This document shows positions 1-12,913 of a stretch of DNA of 64,000 nt, in pieces. The stretch lies in NCBI RefSeq assembly GCF_006345805.1, contig NC_043005.1:79112001-79176000 (forward strand), in the 5' to 3' direction. The position numbers and the translations under genes are program-made. The stretch's first letter is position 1; every line of letters starts with the position of its first letter. A model generated the notes under the pieces. The model had not been told where the DNA came from and made no database searches. It was given only the letters and a program-made list of their open reading frames with translations. This DNA comes from Octopus sinensis. Lineage: Eukaryota.

Positions 1-105
1 AAAGGCAAAGTCGACCTCGGCGGAATTTGAACTCAGAACGTAACGGCAGACGAAATACTGCCAAGTATTTTCCCCGGCATGCTAACGATTAACCAGTTTG
101 CCACC
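1..105 (-). mobile_element. SINE fragment, family B (consensus-like ...ACGTTCTGAGTTCAAATTCCGCCGAGGTCGACTTTGCCTTT...), cut by the window edge
   Basis: Reverse complement matches the copies at 7795-8170 and 57143-57725. Confidence 0.85.
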
Positions 106-1475
106 TTAGTGTGCAGATAAATGTTAAAGAATAATAGTTCATGCCAAAATATAATCTAAAAATGTATATTCTCATTAACGTCTCAGATATATCATAATGA
201 TGCATTTCACGTTTCCAAAATCAAGATCGCTTATAAATATAGATTAAGTTTATTAGATTAACATTATCCGTTTTCTATTGATATCATTCATTCAGATTAT
301 TGTTACTAAAATGTATTGCTACTTCTTGTTCTATTTTACTCCCTTAATAAATTTTACTTTAATTCCATTGTCAGCATTTTCTGGCAAAAATAATCAACGT
401 TATAAATTGTCTAATACCATATTCGATATTTTTAACCATGTTTCTTCATAAAAAGAAAAGAAAAGAAAAGAAAAATTATATTCTTTTCACTGTGGAGAAT
501 AGGCTAAAAACAGCTTTCTAAACATTACAATGTTGTCCACCCAGATTATAACAAATATTAAGATCTGCAAATGACGTATTTTCTTTTTAGCAAACAGAGA
601 TGTCTTTTGAACCTAAATTAGTTTCATTTGTATTATATTTTGCCATCTCCTATTCTGTTTACATCAAGCTATTATTCTGCTTATTGCTGAGGCAATACTG
701 TCTGTATATATTTGTATATCACTCCCTGCGTTCTTATGCATTTTCCTTTGTCTCTTAATAAAGAAGTGCATTTTCTTTAAATTGTGGATTGCTTCTTTCA
801 TTGTATTCGTACAAGCTATTCAAAAGCATTTATTTAGTATCCCGTTGTATGTTTTCGCCGAGCAATTATTATTATCATTATTATTATTATTATTATTATT
901 TATTATTATTATTATTATTATCGTTATTATTTTATTCATTTATTCATTTTTATTTTATTCTTTGTTTGGCATTCGTTCACTCCTGTCATTTGCCTTCTTG
1001 CATTGTGACCAGTACTTATTTGTCTTTTAGCAAAGGTTCTAATGCGCTGAGAGCTAATACTTGACAAATATACAGCTGAGGATGACATGAGGGCCGAAGG
1101 ATTGGAAATAATTTCTATGATAGCTAAAAGTGTCCTAAAGACGTTGTGTTTTGTTATTCTGTTTATAAGGAGTGATATAACTTAACAAGTGAATACAATT
1201 AGCTATGAGATGGCGCGCGTGTGGCGAACAATAAACGTGACTCAACAAAGTCAAAACAACATAAAATTCGAAGCTAAAATGTTTACGCGAACAATACAAT
1301 TATATAAAATATGTATCATTGTAAATAAATTGATATACTTAGGTGACAAAACGCAAGGTTAAAGAACTTAATGATTCAAACAGACACACAGACACACACA
1401 CGCTTCTTTCTCTCTCTCTCTCTATCTATCTATCTACTATCTATCTATCTATCTATATCGATATATATCTATATA

Positions 1476-1541
<66 letters not shown>

Positions 1542-1597
1542 CGAAGAAGAAGAAGAAAAGAGACAAGATACAAACAAAGCAGACGAATGAGGCAAAT

Positions 1598-1810
1598 TTT
1601 AATGAAACGTTTATATTTCAGGCGCAAAGGCCCATCTTCAGGACAAAAAAAAACCCACCCCGAGAATAAGTCCATTTATACACCATTTATACCCATTCAA
1701 ATTTCCTAGCGTCGAATGGATTAGAGGAATCTGTGTAACTAGACTTTACTCAGACTGTTCTTCTCTTCTGAAGATGGGCCTTTGCGCCTGAAATAGAAAG
1801 GTTTTTGAAA
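1598..1810. repeat. Inverted repeat pair, probably Penelope-like element termini with hammerhead-like cores
   Basis: 1614-1641 is the exact reverse complement of 1768-1795 (CTGAAGATGGGCCTTTGCGCCTGAAATA). Similarity continues with a few mismatches; the spacer is 126 nt. Confidence 0.65.
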
Positions 1811-2029
1811 CTTACTGCATTGTCAGAAACTTTTTATTGTCTCTCTTTTTACATTCATCGATATTACAATGCTTCAGCGCACTACAATTCGGTCCGTCTC
1901 TCTCTCTCTCTCTCTCGCCCCATATATGTATATATATATATATATATTGCATGCGAGGGGAGATAGAGAGAGAGAGAGAGGGAGAGAGGGAGAGAGAGAG
2001 AGAGAGGACCATGATTAATATAAACATTA

Positions 2030-2128
2030 TATATATATAGATATATATCTGTATATATATATATATATGTATTATATATATGGATATATATATGTATATA
2101 TAATATGTATATAATAGTATATATATAT

Positions 2129-2162
<34 letters not shown>

Positions 2163-2246
2163 ATATATATATATATATATATAATATATATATATGTATA
2201 TATATATATATAATATACTATGTATATATATATATATATATATATC

Positions 2247-2297
<51 letters not shown>

Positions 2298-2354
2298 TAT
2301 ATATATATATATATGTATCTATATTATATATATATATATATATGTATATATATC

Positions 2355-2415
<61 letters not shown>

Positions 2416-2595
2416 GTTAATATATATATTGTATATATATCTGTATATATATCTATGATGTTATATATTATATATGTATATATATATATATATATTATAT
2501 ATGTATATGAAGAATAATATATATATTATATATTATATATATATATGTATATTAATTATTATAGTGTATTATAATATATATATATGTATATGTAT

Positions 2596-2649
<54 letters not shown>

Positions 2650-2753
2650 TTATAGTATATATATATTAAATATGTATATATATATTATATATATATAATA
2701 TATATGTATATATATATATAATATGTACTATTATATATATAGGTATATATATA

Positions 2754-2801
<48 letters not shown>

Positions 2802-2830
2802 TTATATATATATATATGTATGTATATATA
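2030..2830. repeat. Degenerate (TA)n microsatellite tract
   Basis: Direct reading. It produces the YI/IY-rich spurious ORFs. Confidence 0.97.
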
Positions 2831-3080
2831 CAGACTCATGCATAAATAGATTCTGGCAGGTGAACGGAATATGAAAGAAACTATTACACATGGAAATAGA
2901 TTTATTTTCAAGTATTTAATAACAGTTTCACGCGTCTCCACACTACCCAACATTTTGTACGCGGGATGAGCCGCTAAAGAAATAGATCCAAAGAATACAC
3001 AAACACACAGACACACACACGCATACACACACAACCTTATACATACACGTATGCACACATACACACACACATATATTCGT

Positions 3081-3580
3081 ATCATGTATTGAAGCCATCT
3101 TCTTCTTCAAATTGTAGCTTTTATGGTCAGGTCATCTCTCATGTATGTGTGTTATCAGAATTCCGAAGCAACTTCTCTTTAGCTAATTCCTAACGGGTAA
3201 GACAGTTTGAAGGCCGCTCTTGCGCTTCGAAGACAAACTTAAAAACAATCTGCAGTGATGCAACATTCCCTTTTCTTCTTGGGAATACAAAGCGTCTGAA
3301 CGCAGGTGTCCTGCTTCTCTTCAGTTCGAAGGTTTGACCAAAGTTGACTCCTACATAGGTATCAACTTCGTGAAAGCATGGATACGCGCTGGTAAAGCGC
3401 TAAATGGGAACCAAATCTGTCACTGTGGTTTTGTGGCACAAAGCAAAGCAGGCCTTGCCGTCCACTCAAGAAAGAATATAGTAAATGATCCACAAGCACT
3501 AAAGCAAACTGAATACTGAACTTGTTCTCTTTGCCAAAAGGTTTGCTAGGCACCAACAGGTCTCAAGAGACCCGTTCATG
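3081..3580 (+). mobile_element. RTE-clade (BovB-like) LINE 3' fragment, decayed
   Basis: Translates to LWSGHLSCMCVIRIPKQLLFS*FLTGK..RPLLRFEDKLKNNLQ*CNIPFSSWE, matching the RTE C-terminal LRWAGH..RxPKQLLYGEL..GRPxxRFKD pattern. It is followed by Cys/His finger-like remnants (ICHCGFVAQSKAGLAVH; CSLCQKVC). Confidence 0.8.
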
Positions 3581-3581
3581 C

Positions 3582-3616
<35 letters not shown>

Positions 3617-3639
3617 GCCATCTTGTTTAGGACACGTAT

Positions 3640-3845
3640 GATTAGCTACACAGGAACATGTATCATCAAAATGAAGCTGGTCCTCTGTGAATCACATCCC
3701 TACTTCTCAACATAGTCATCGTATCTCTCAACAGCAATGTTCCACCTTTGAATGAGAGCATATATCATTACCCCGTAAAATTCTGTTGACTGTTCTTTGA
3801 ACCACTTCTTTGCGGCGAGAATGTTACTCGTGGTACTTGACGAGT
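3640..3845 (-). mobile_element. Mariner transposase C-terminal fragment
   Basis: KKWFKEQSTEFYGVMIYALIQRWNIAVERYDDYVEK* matches the typical mariner end (..F..GI..L..RW.......G.YVE*). It is interrupted upstream by a SINE. Confidence 0.7.
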
Positions 3846-4325
3846 ACATTATCTTATCGATGCCAGATGGATCTGGCAGTTGACTATGGAGGAATTTGAA
3901 CTCAGAATGTAAAGAGCCGGAGAAAATTCCTCTAAGCATTTTGTCCAATATTGTAAAGGTTCAGTCAGCACGCTACATTCAGTCCTAAATTTAGTAATAA
4001 TAATAAAAATATCAATTCATTCTACCATAGGCGCAAGGCGTGCAATTTTGTAGGAGGTGACAATGTAAATTACGTACTCAAATGGTACTTATTTTATCGA
4101 GCCCAAAATGCTCAAATGCAAATTTGACATTGGTGGGATTTGAACTCAGATTGTAATGATGCAAAAGAAATGTGGTAAAGCTAGTCCGATACCCTAATGG
4201 TTCAATCGGTTCGCTTCATATAAAGGAATATTTATTTCTCATTTTTAGCACAGCACAAAGCCAGCAATTTTGAGATCACTCGCCTTCAGTGTGCAACTAG
4301 TACTTGTTTTATCGAGCCTGAAACG
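3846..4325 (-). mobile_element. Cluster of three diverged family-B SINE fragments (about 3846-3960, 4015-4215, 4240-4325)
   Basis: Repeated GGAATTTGAACTCAGA and GTACTTATTTTATCGA motifs shared with other copies. Confidence 0.7.
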
Positions 4326-5309
4326 CGGAAATGCCCAGTGGACCAAAGCAGTGTTAGATTTCACAAGGTAGCACCGTAAGAAAGGCCGGTAAGTATTTTG
4401 TATGCATAGATAAATAACATATAGTGGTTATAACTGATAATAAAATGAATGCGATATTAGAACATGAAAAATTTAACGAGATATTTTAACTATTTTGTAT
4501 TCCAAAAGCTGCACCCGCGAAGTTTTCTTTTTATGCTGCAGAACAAGGAGCCAGGGAAATGATATGTCATTTGAGTTATAAATAAGAATTACAAAATACA
4601 TCCTTTTCTGTCTAATTCGTAATTTTGCACCGCTTCCGTATCAAGAAAGAAAGACAAAATATCGATTATACGTACTTTGATGTTACATGTTATAACTTTA
4701 TTAAGATATTCATATTTTTGTTTCCGTATTATTTGTAGTCAGTGACCGAAACATATCACTCCTTTGAAATGAAATAACGAAGGACGACCTTCTAAATATA
4801 GTTTCAATTGTTACAAAAATTACCTCGGATCTTTCAGTCAAATATGCCAAACTCCGTTGCGCATGTGTCAACCGATCGCTTTATTTGCATGAGAATGAAG
4901 GAAAATTAAGCACGGTTTTATTAGGAAAGAAAAAAATACTAAAGAGACAAGTATAAATGTTTATCAAAGTGAATGCATGATATAGAAAAGGAAAACAAAA
5001 TGATGAAATGACATGAATAATTCTGTTGATTGTTTGCTATTAAAAAGCTAGTAGATGATAATAAAGACTCAATCGTTAATATGAACATCAATATAGTTTG
5101 CTAATATACAAAGTCAATTACATCGAGGAGCACATTCAAACACACACACAAAAAGAAAAAGAAAAAACAAAAACAAAACAAACAAGCTGAGCTGCTTCCG
5201 CATAAAACAGAATTTAAAAAGACTGATCAAAAAGAAATAGAAAAGATATAAGATCAGGGAATGTAATTTTTTGGTTCAAAATACATTTGTGTTTGTTATA
5301 CAAAAAAAA

Positions 5310-5313
5310 TAAC

Positions 5314-5350
<37 letters not shown>

Positions 5351-5393
5351 TGATAATAATAATGATAATAATAATAATGATAATAATAATAAC

Positions 5394-5442
<49 letters not shown>

Positions 5443-5485
5443 TGATAATAATAATAACAATAATAATAATAATAATAATAACAAC

Positions 5486-5530
<45 letters not shown>
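5310..5530. repeat. (AAT)n microsatellite
   Basis: Direct reading. Confidence 0.97.
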
Positions 5531-5531
<1 letters not shown>

Positions 5532-6124
5532 GGAGAAAAATGGTAAAGACGTCATTTGCAGATCTTAATTGCTGTTATATTCAGGGTGGACGTTATTGAA
5601 TTCTATTGAATTTCCTTGTTTGCTCCAATCTCAATGAGTTGAAGAAAAAAAAAACATTTTTTTATCTTTACTATTTTATTTTCTAAATGTAGAGACGTGG
5701 TTGAAAATATCAAATAAGGAATGCTTTTAATTTCTTGTAACGTTAATACATTGCTCTGGCAAAGCTTGACAAAGACATTAACGTGATTGTGTTTATTATT
5801 TAGCGATTTCTTTGCTTAATTAAACAATTTAACAGAAAATTGCAACAATAATCTTAATGAAATTTTTTAAAAACCAGTAGAAAGAGGAAAATAATGGCCT
5901 TAGAATACACAACTATACAGATCCATTAGCTATACATTTAGATGATGAAAATAAGGGATACACCGCTTTAGGAATGCTGTACAATGAAAATATTCTATTA
6001 AATTTAGTTTCTTACAGACTCACAAAGCAAGATTCGTATAGGCGAGGATCATAAGCGGTTGAATTATGCTACTGATAGTTAGTTTATCGATTCTCGGGAG
6101 ACTCATTTTTAAAAGAGATACAAT

Positions 6125-6151
6125 TATTGTTTGAAATCACAAAGTTTTATA

Positions 6152-6207
<56 letters not shown>

Positions 6208-6346
6208 ATATATGAACGTACTTACGTACGTATATACATACATACATATATATATATATGTAAATATATATATATATATATAATATATATATATGTACGT
6301 ACGTTTGTGCGTTCATTTGTAAAGAAATATGTGTGTGAATATGTAT

Positions 6347-6377
<31 letters not shown>

Positions 6378-6558
6378 GCATATATATATACATACATACA
6401 TGTGCATATCTACGTGTGTGTGCACATGCGTGTATGTGTATATTTATATATGTATGTATATATATACATATATATATATAGATATACATATATACATATA
6501 TGTATGTGCTCGTTTGTATCTATCTATCTATCTATCTATCTATCTCTATCTATCTATC

Positions 6559-6591
<33 letters not shown>

Positions 6592-6605
6592 GTGTGTGTG
6601 TGTGT
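6125..6605. repeat. Compound (TA)n/(TATC)n/(TG)n microsatellite
   Basis: Direct reading. Confidence 0.95.
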
Positions 6606-6619
6606 GATAAATAAAATGA

Positions 6620-6987
6620 GAAGAAAGCCAGGGCATTTATAAAGAACAAGTTTCTGGGAGGTTCGAGATAACTCTTTATCAGAAGCAATGTGATATAGTT
6701 ACATAGAGAGAGATAGTAGAGTTCAAAATAAGGAGTAAAAATGGAAAGGATGGAAATAAGGTAATAATAGTAAAAAAATGAAATATATGTTGGATGTTAT
6801 AGTTGCAGTTCCATTGTCGAAGGAAAGTGGTGTGTAGAAGTGGTAGAAATGCTTCTTGTCCATGGTACGTAAATTCCGATAGTAGTTCATATTTCTTCAT
6901 TAAAAATGGAAAGTGTGGAGACGTATATTCCATGTGGTGTTCTTTCAAAGCCTTACCTACCACCTTGGGTTTTCTGGATACAAATAC

Positions 6988-7026
<39 letters not shown>

Positions 7027-7540
7027 CACATATAGTTGGAATTTACAAAGAAGCATAAGAGGAAGACAGACGCTTAAACAACAAACAGGTGCATTAGTTT
7101 AACGCTCGGGAAGTAAGTGTTTTTACGTTTCGAGCCAGCGCTCTTCAACAGAAATGAACACGAGAAAACAGAGAGAACTTAAAAAAGCTTTAGTGGCTAG
7201 CGGTCGTTTATGGCGATGGCTGGACAGAGGTAGTCAGATAGAAGAGCTAGGAAGAAGGGGAGATAATAAAATACTGGTGATCCCAAAATGTGTGTGTGGA
7301 TTGGGTCTGGTGACCGTGACCTCTGAGTATATGCATGTGTAAGTGTGTGGATGATGTTGTGCATGCTGGGAAGTGGTCAGTGCTAGTGTGTGCGGGGTGC
7401 TGCTTTGTGGTGTGGTGGTTGCGAGTATGAGGGGATGTGAGGGTGGAGTGTAGGGTGGGGTGGGGTAGTATTGGGATGCATAGGGATGTTGGGGTTGGGA
7501 TGTGTAGGGGTGGGGTGTGGATTGAGGGGTAACGAATATA
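6620..7540 (-). mobile_element. Penelope-like element remnants (terminal-repeat pieces)
   Basis: Two minus-strand CTGAnGA-x-stem-GAAAC-like motifs (6661-6682, 7127-7151), of the kind found in Penelope termini. No clear RT motif was seen. Confidence 0.45.
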
Positions 7541-7553
7541 TATATATATATGA

Positions 7554-7584
<31 letters not shown>

Positions 7585-7794
7585 ACATTGCGCACTCAGG
7601 AAGGTGGGTTTGCATGACAGTCTATATAGAGTGCATTTGCTTGTGTTAGACCGGTTGGCGCAAATTAAACTTGAATATGTGCACGTCTCTGTTAATGCGT
7701 GTGTTTCGAATGCATTCACCTATCACTATATCTCCTGATTGCACGAGTGTGTGCATAACGTATATTTCATTGCATCAATGTATCGACCAACCAA

Positions 7795-8170
7795 GTCATC
7801 GAGCTGGCAGAAACGTTAGCACGCCGGGTGAAATGCTTAGCGGTATTTCGCATGCTGTTTCGTTCTGAGTTCAAATTCCGCCTTTCATCCTTTCGGAGTC
7901 GATAACTTAAGTACCAGTTATTCACTGGGGTCGATCTAATCGACTTATTCCGTTTGTCTGTCCTTGTTTCTCCTCTCTGTGTTTAGTCCCTTGTGGGTAA
8001 TAAAGAAATAGGTATTTCGTCTGTCTTTACGTTCTGAGTTCAAATTCCACCGAGTTCGACTTTGCATTTCATCCTTTCAGAGTCGATAAATTAAGTACCA
8101 GTTGCGTACTGGGGTCATTCTAATCGACTGGTCTTTTCCTCCAAAATTTCGGTCCCTGTACCTAGAGTAG
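7795..8170 (+). mobile_element. Family-B SINE with two internal tandem units
   Basis: Head GAGCTGGCAGAAACGTTAGCACGCCGGG..., with CGTTCTGAGTTCAAATTCC repeated at 7861 and 8030. Confidence 0.9.
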
Positions 8171-8466
8171 AAATGAATGAATCGACCAACCAATTGGATC
8201 GCTGGTTACATTGCGGCTGTTTGTATTGCTGAAGCTTTCGAATAGTGCCACAGTTGAATGGAATGGCTGTCCGTCGCAGATTTCACTACTTATAACTGCG
8301 TGGAGCGAGATAACTTGAAAGGAGCTGTTTTGTTGAAGAACACAACGCCGATCTGGGAATGGAATCCACAATCTTCGGATCATGAGTGCAACACCCAGTC
8401 ACTAGGCCACGCGGCTACACACGTGCACACGTGTGCATACACACACAATCACAACCATGCACGCAT

Positions 8467-8505
<39 letters not shown>

Positions 8506-8507
<2 letters not shown>

Positions 8508-8722
8508 AGGGAGTGCTGAAAAGTTCCTGGCTTTTAGGTTATCGCAAATGGTCTTGTTGGAGGCCCAAACTTCCGAGTTCTTTCATAGAGCTCAGAAAAA
8601 CTGAAGGGCTGCAGCAATAAGTGTGAGAATATGAGAGGGAAATATGTGGAATAAAGTCATAGTTAACGGATCCTGCTGTATTTTCGCTAACCCCAAACCA
8701 GAAACTTTTCAGTACACCCTCG
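8506..8722 (+). mobile_element. Mariner-derived MITE (about 220 bp)
   Basis: TIRs AGGGAGTGCTGAAAAGTTCCTGG and CCAGAAACTTTTCAGTACACCCTCG. The interior keeps the transposase end KLKGCSNKCENMRGKYVE*. Confidence 0.8.
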
Positions 8723-8993
8723 AAATTACGTGCATACTTACATACATATATGCATGCATGCATACATAATACATATTTGCATGCATGCATACATACATAC
8801 ATACTAACGCATACATACATAGATTAACTGCTTGCTAGATAGATAAAGAGATATATAGATAGATAGGTAGACAAAGTGACTGAGATACAGAGAGATAGGC
8901 AGACAGACTGTTACACAATGCAATAGATAGGTAGATGGATATATATATATTGATAGATATATCGATATTATAGATACACATATATATATATAT

Positions 8994-8994
<1 letters not shown>

Positions 8995-9065
<71 letters not shown>
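8995..9065. repeat. (GATA)n microsatellite
   Basis: Direct reading. Confidence 0.97.
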
Positions 9066-9066
<1 letters not shown>

Positions 9067-9483
9067 CGTGTCTACGACCGTCCTCTTATCTTCAGAAAAT
9101 AAACGTTCCGTTTTCCTTAATTGCACGTCGAGTTTGGAGGAAACCTTGATCCTTGCTCACCGCTTCTCGAGTAGAGCTGGTCTTCATTGGTATTTTGTAA
9201 TTATAATATAACAGAATTAGTTTTAACAAAGAAAGAATTTATGTTTTATGGTATTTGACATATACGTACTTGTGATACTTTATACTGGCCCCTATATTAC
9301 AAGTTTCTAAAAGTTAAGCTCCCCACCCCCATCTTGTTCCAATTAACACAAAGCAATCTATGCAAATTCTGTTGTGCCTGGGTAGAGTCATGTTTCATGT
9401 AATGGGAGTGGAGGAGCTGCAGTCACAGTCTCTAACAAAAGTTCAGTATCAAGGACTGGGAGTCTCTTGTTGGGTTGCCTTGT

Positions 9484-11788
9484 GGGGTACAATCGAACAG
9501 CTGCAAGGTGACCCTCATCGACCATGACATTTTGAAGTTTTCGCCCGGAAAGTAAATTTATCAGATAAAAAATTTTTTATCTCTTATACAATTTTCTCTT
9601 AGATTAAAAACTTGTTCAGACTGATTCTTGGTAATAGAAGTATAGGTGACAATAAAAATGGAGAAGGCAACTTGCAAAGTTGGGTACAGAGCGCAGGTAT
9701 AGGGCAAACACCTATTTTTCGCCGTCATCCAGTCGGCGGCCAGCCGTGAGCGAATGAGGTTGTGAGTTGCGTTTGTCCGTTGGTAGAACTGTACTGCACC
9801 TGATGGTAGTGTTGAGTATTAAAATATTAAGAAATATACGTTAGTGATAAACAGGAAACGAATATGACTTGTCTGCGTTTGTAAATATAAGTTAATCTAT
9901 TTGTATTAACTTGTAAGCACCCATTCATTTTGCTGTGACGCATTATGATATAGATCTTTTTTCTGTTGTGTTGGTAGCCCTGACAAAGATGTAATACCAT
10001 GTTTTTATAATGCTATGTACTTTGTAAACTTATCATCAATGCATGAGAATAAAATTTAGAGAAGCGCGATACACAGAAATACAGCACAACTTTAACCTAT
10101 ACAACTATCAAGAATTAGTGTTGCACTGGGTTGGAAAGCTGCCTCCCAACACTCACAGGTATTGAAAAGGTTGACAGACTGGCAATAATAGTGACTTTTC
10201 AAGGCAAGGAGCAATTGTTGGGAATCCCTGAAATTCCAACATCTTCAGGAGAACAGCAAGCCATGGCCGTTTACCAAGCAGTGGAGAAGTGGCGTATAAC
10301 CTATAAAATTCACGCACTTTGCTGTGATACAGCAGAAAGCAACACAGGTCCAGTGAATAGTACCAGAAGAAATCTAGAAAAGTTGTTCAATCGTGACCTG
10401 TTGTACTTCCCTTGCCGATATCACAATTTTTAGTTAGTTTTTAGCTGTTTTCACTCACTGATGGGTGCAACTACTGGTCCAGACGTGGCGTGTTTGAAAA
10501 TATTTGTGGTACCTCAACAAGACGGTTTACATAACTCCTAGCAATGAGGGGGCCTGATGATGTCTGTTCTACCATTCTTGGATTTCTTGAATACTACCTT
10601 CCTACTCAGAAACAACGGGAAAATAATTACCGAAAATTGTTGGTGTTAACGATGATCTTTCATGGCGGTATTTCAAAGAAGGGGATATAGTTTCGTACAT
10701 CAGGAGCTGTAAATCATGCGAGGTGGAATTCAAAAGCAATTTACGCATTCAATATATACCTGTTTCAAGATCAATTTCAGTTATCTCCTGGGGAGAAGAA
10801 CTCTTTAAGAAGAATATGAGTTTTTCTTACTCAAGTGTATATTAAAATCTAGTTTCTGGCATCAAATGTATTCAAAGCACCTATCATGATTTCCTATCCA
10901 TGTGTCAACTGATAAACCATCAGAATATTGATCCGGAAATTAGTAAGGCTGTTGCGAAAATAAACTGGCTCATATTTGATAACAATGTCCCAACAGCGGT
11001 GAAGGCAAATATTGCTGAAGTTTTGCTGGGAGCAGACAAAGGCGAAGAAGTGGAAGAAGAAAAACAATCAACTGAAGAGGTACATTCTGCCCCCAAATGT
11101 CTTTTCTTCCTTTACAAACATCAGGTTTTCGTCTTTTGTAACTCCTGGTACAAAAACTTTCTTCACGAGATTTTCTATCAGCAACGATTTCCTCGACAAA
11201 GACTCTCCAACATGAAAGGCGGATCCTAGTTACAAAAGTGGACTTGAAAAACTTGAGAAGACAGTTTGTCAATGATCTTGCAGAAAGAAATGTCAAACTC
11301 ATTCAGGATTACAATAACATCCTCACAAAAGTTGAAACTGAGAAACAATTTGTTTTACAGATCGTTACCGAAAAGCGTAAACATACCCAGTTGCCATTAA
11401 AACCAGTCTTATGCAAAAAAAATGCCCAATATTTAGTGTTCAGTGTTCATATCACGTTTTTGCTTCTATAAAAAAATATTGTAGTAAATAAAAATACGTT
11501 TCTGTTATAGGAGTTTTGTGCTTTATTAAGAAAATCTAAGATTTCTCAAGTTTTTCCATAGGTTTCATGAATTTTTCAAATTAGCTATCTGTAAATTTGA
11601 TTCAGAACGTTTTCAAACATCTGTTGGGGTTGCTTGGATGTGTCAATATAAATTTCTCTAAAAAGAAAAACAGAAAATAGCAAAGAAAGGGAACAGTAGA
11701 CCACTTTTGAAAAGAATTAATCTTTGCGTATACTATTATCCAATTTCAAGGAATTTGAGGGTCGCCATGCTGCAATATTGCACACCCC
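9484..11788 (+). mobile_element. Decayed hAT-superfamily DNA transposon (hATm-like)
   Basis: Transposase fragments LHW..KVDRLAIIV..EQLLGIP..LCCDTAESNTG..FPCRYH (10125-10433), GAVNHARWNSKAIY (about 10700-10750) and FVNDLAERNVKLIQDYNNILTK (hAT C-terminal dimerisation motif). Degenerate TIR candidates are 9484-9517 and 11756-11788 (GCAAGGTGACCCTCA vs GCATGGCGACCCTCA). It carries many stops and frameshifts. Confidence 0.8.
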
Positions 11789-11963
11789 GTTATTTTGTTT
11801 ATAGGAAGAGGATTAAGGAGTGGGAGCAGCAAAATTGTAAATTTCGAAAAATTACCTATTGCTAAGGGCCACTCGATTATACATGCTATACATGCATACA
11901 TACATGCATGCATACATACGTTCGTACGAACGTACATACATACATGCGTGCATATGTATACAT

Positions 11964-12906
11964 GTTAGTTAGTTAGTTAATTTTTTGGCTCAGAAAGCAA
12001 AAAGCAAGGTCATGTAGGGGGACATGGAGTTATGTACAGGGTGGTGTTCATGTAAAGAGTTCAGGCCACTTGTGGTCAAGGGAGACTTTGAACCGAGTGG
12101 TCGTCGGCATCTTCATTATCTCGTCCGGCAGCTTATTCCACGGATCCGCAACTCGGACGGAGAAAGCCCCTCTCCTTCGATTGAGATGAAATCGTCGCAG
12201 ATAGAGCTTTTTGGAGTGACCCCGCAGCCGACGCTCTGGAACAGGAGTGAAAAACAGCTCTTTCGAGAGGTTACACTTTCCGCTTATGATGTTGTGAGCA
12301 AGAATGAGATCACCACGGCGTCGTCGTTTTTCTAGAGAATAAAGGTCGAGCGTCTTCAGCCTTTCTTCATAAGACAAATGCTTGAGACCAAGAACCATGC
12401 GGATAGCCAGCTCCTGGACTCTTTCGAGATGATGTATGTCTTTGAGGAGATAAAAAGAAGAGGTTTGAATCCCGTACTCCAATATGGGTCTCACCAGCGT
12501 GACATAGAGCGGTAGGAATATGGCTGCTGTGAGCATTCCGAATGACCGTCGAATCAAAAACAGAACTCCGCGTGCTTTGTTGGCAGCATGGACGCACTGG
12601 GCCGAAGGTGAAAAGGAAGAATCCACCAAGATACCCAGGTCCTTTACCTGGTTGGTCCTCTCCAGCAGCAGACGACCCGGCTCGAAATCAAGTTGAGTTG
12701 CAGGAGAAGAGCCAACAGGCAGATCACAGCACTTTGACACCTTCAGACACAAGTCCCATTCGTTAGACCATCTCCAAATTTGGTGGAGGCATCGACGAAG
12801 ATCCTCTGTATCACCGCGAGGAGCGACCAGTTTGACATCATCGGCAAATAGAAGGGTGTGTTGCGTGAGGTCGTCGGGCAAGTCATTTATGAAGACTAAG
12901 AACAAT
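11964..12906 (-). mobile_element. 5'-truncated CR1-like LINE, copy 1 (RT C-terminal half plus 3' tail)
   Basis: ORF 12048..12959 contains FLVFINDLP..LLFADDVKL..KDLGILVD..LYVTLVRPILEYG..LEKRRRRGDLI. It ends in a (TAAC)n tail and is closely similar to 50750-51690. Confidence 0.92.
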
Positions 12907-12913
12907 GTATATA

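Noticed and set aside
2105-2698. Many long YI/IY/CVCV/HTHT/poly-L/poly-E ORFs throughout the ORF track (also 32659-36158, 40449-41334, 42818-43273)
   Set aside because: They are translations of microsatellites that lack stop codons in some frames; there is no coding signal.
4880-4894. Identical 15-mer TTTATTTGCATGAGA containing the POU octamer, also at 25059-25073
   Set aside because: A 15-nt AT-rich match is expected by chance in 64 kb, and there is no associated snRNA or gene.
9476-9483. Target-site duplication for the hAT element
   Set aside because: The flanks TGCCTTGT and GTTATTTT do not match, so the exact ends remain approximate.
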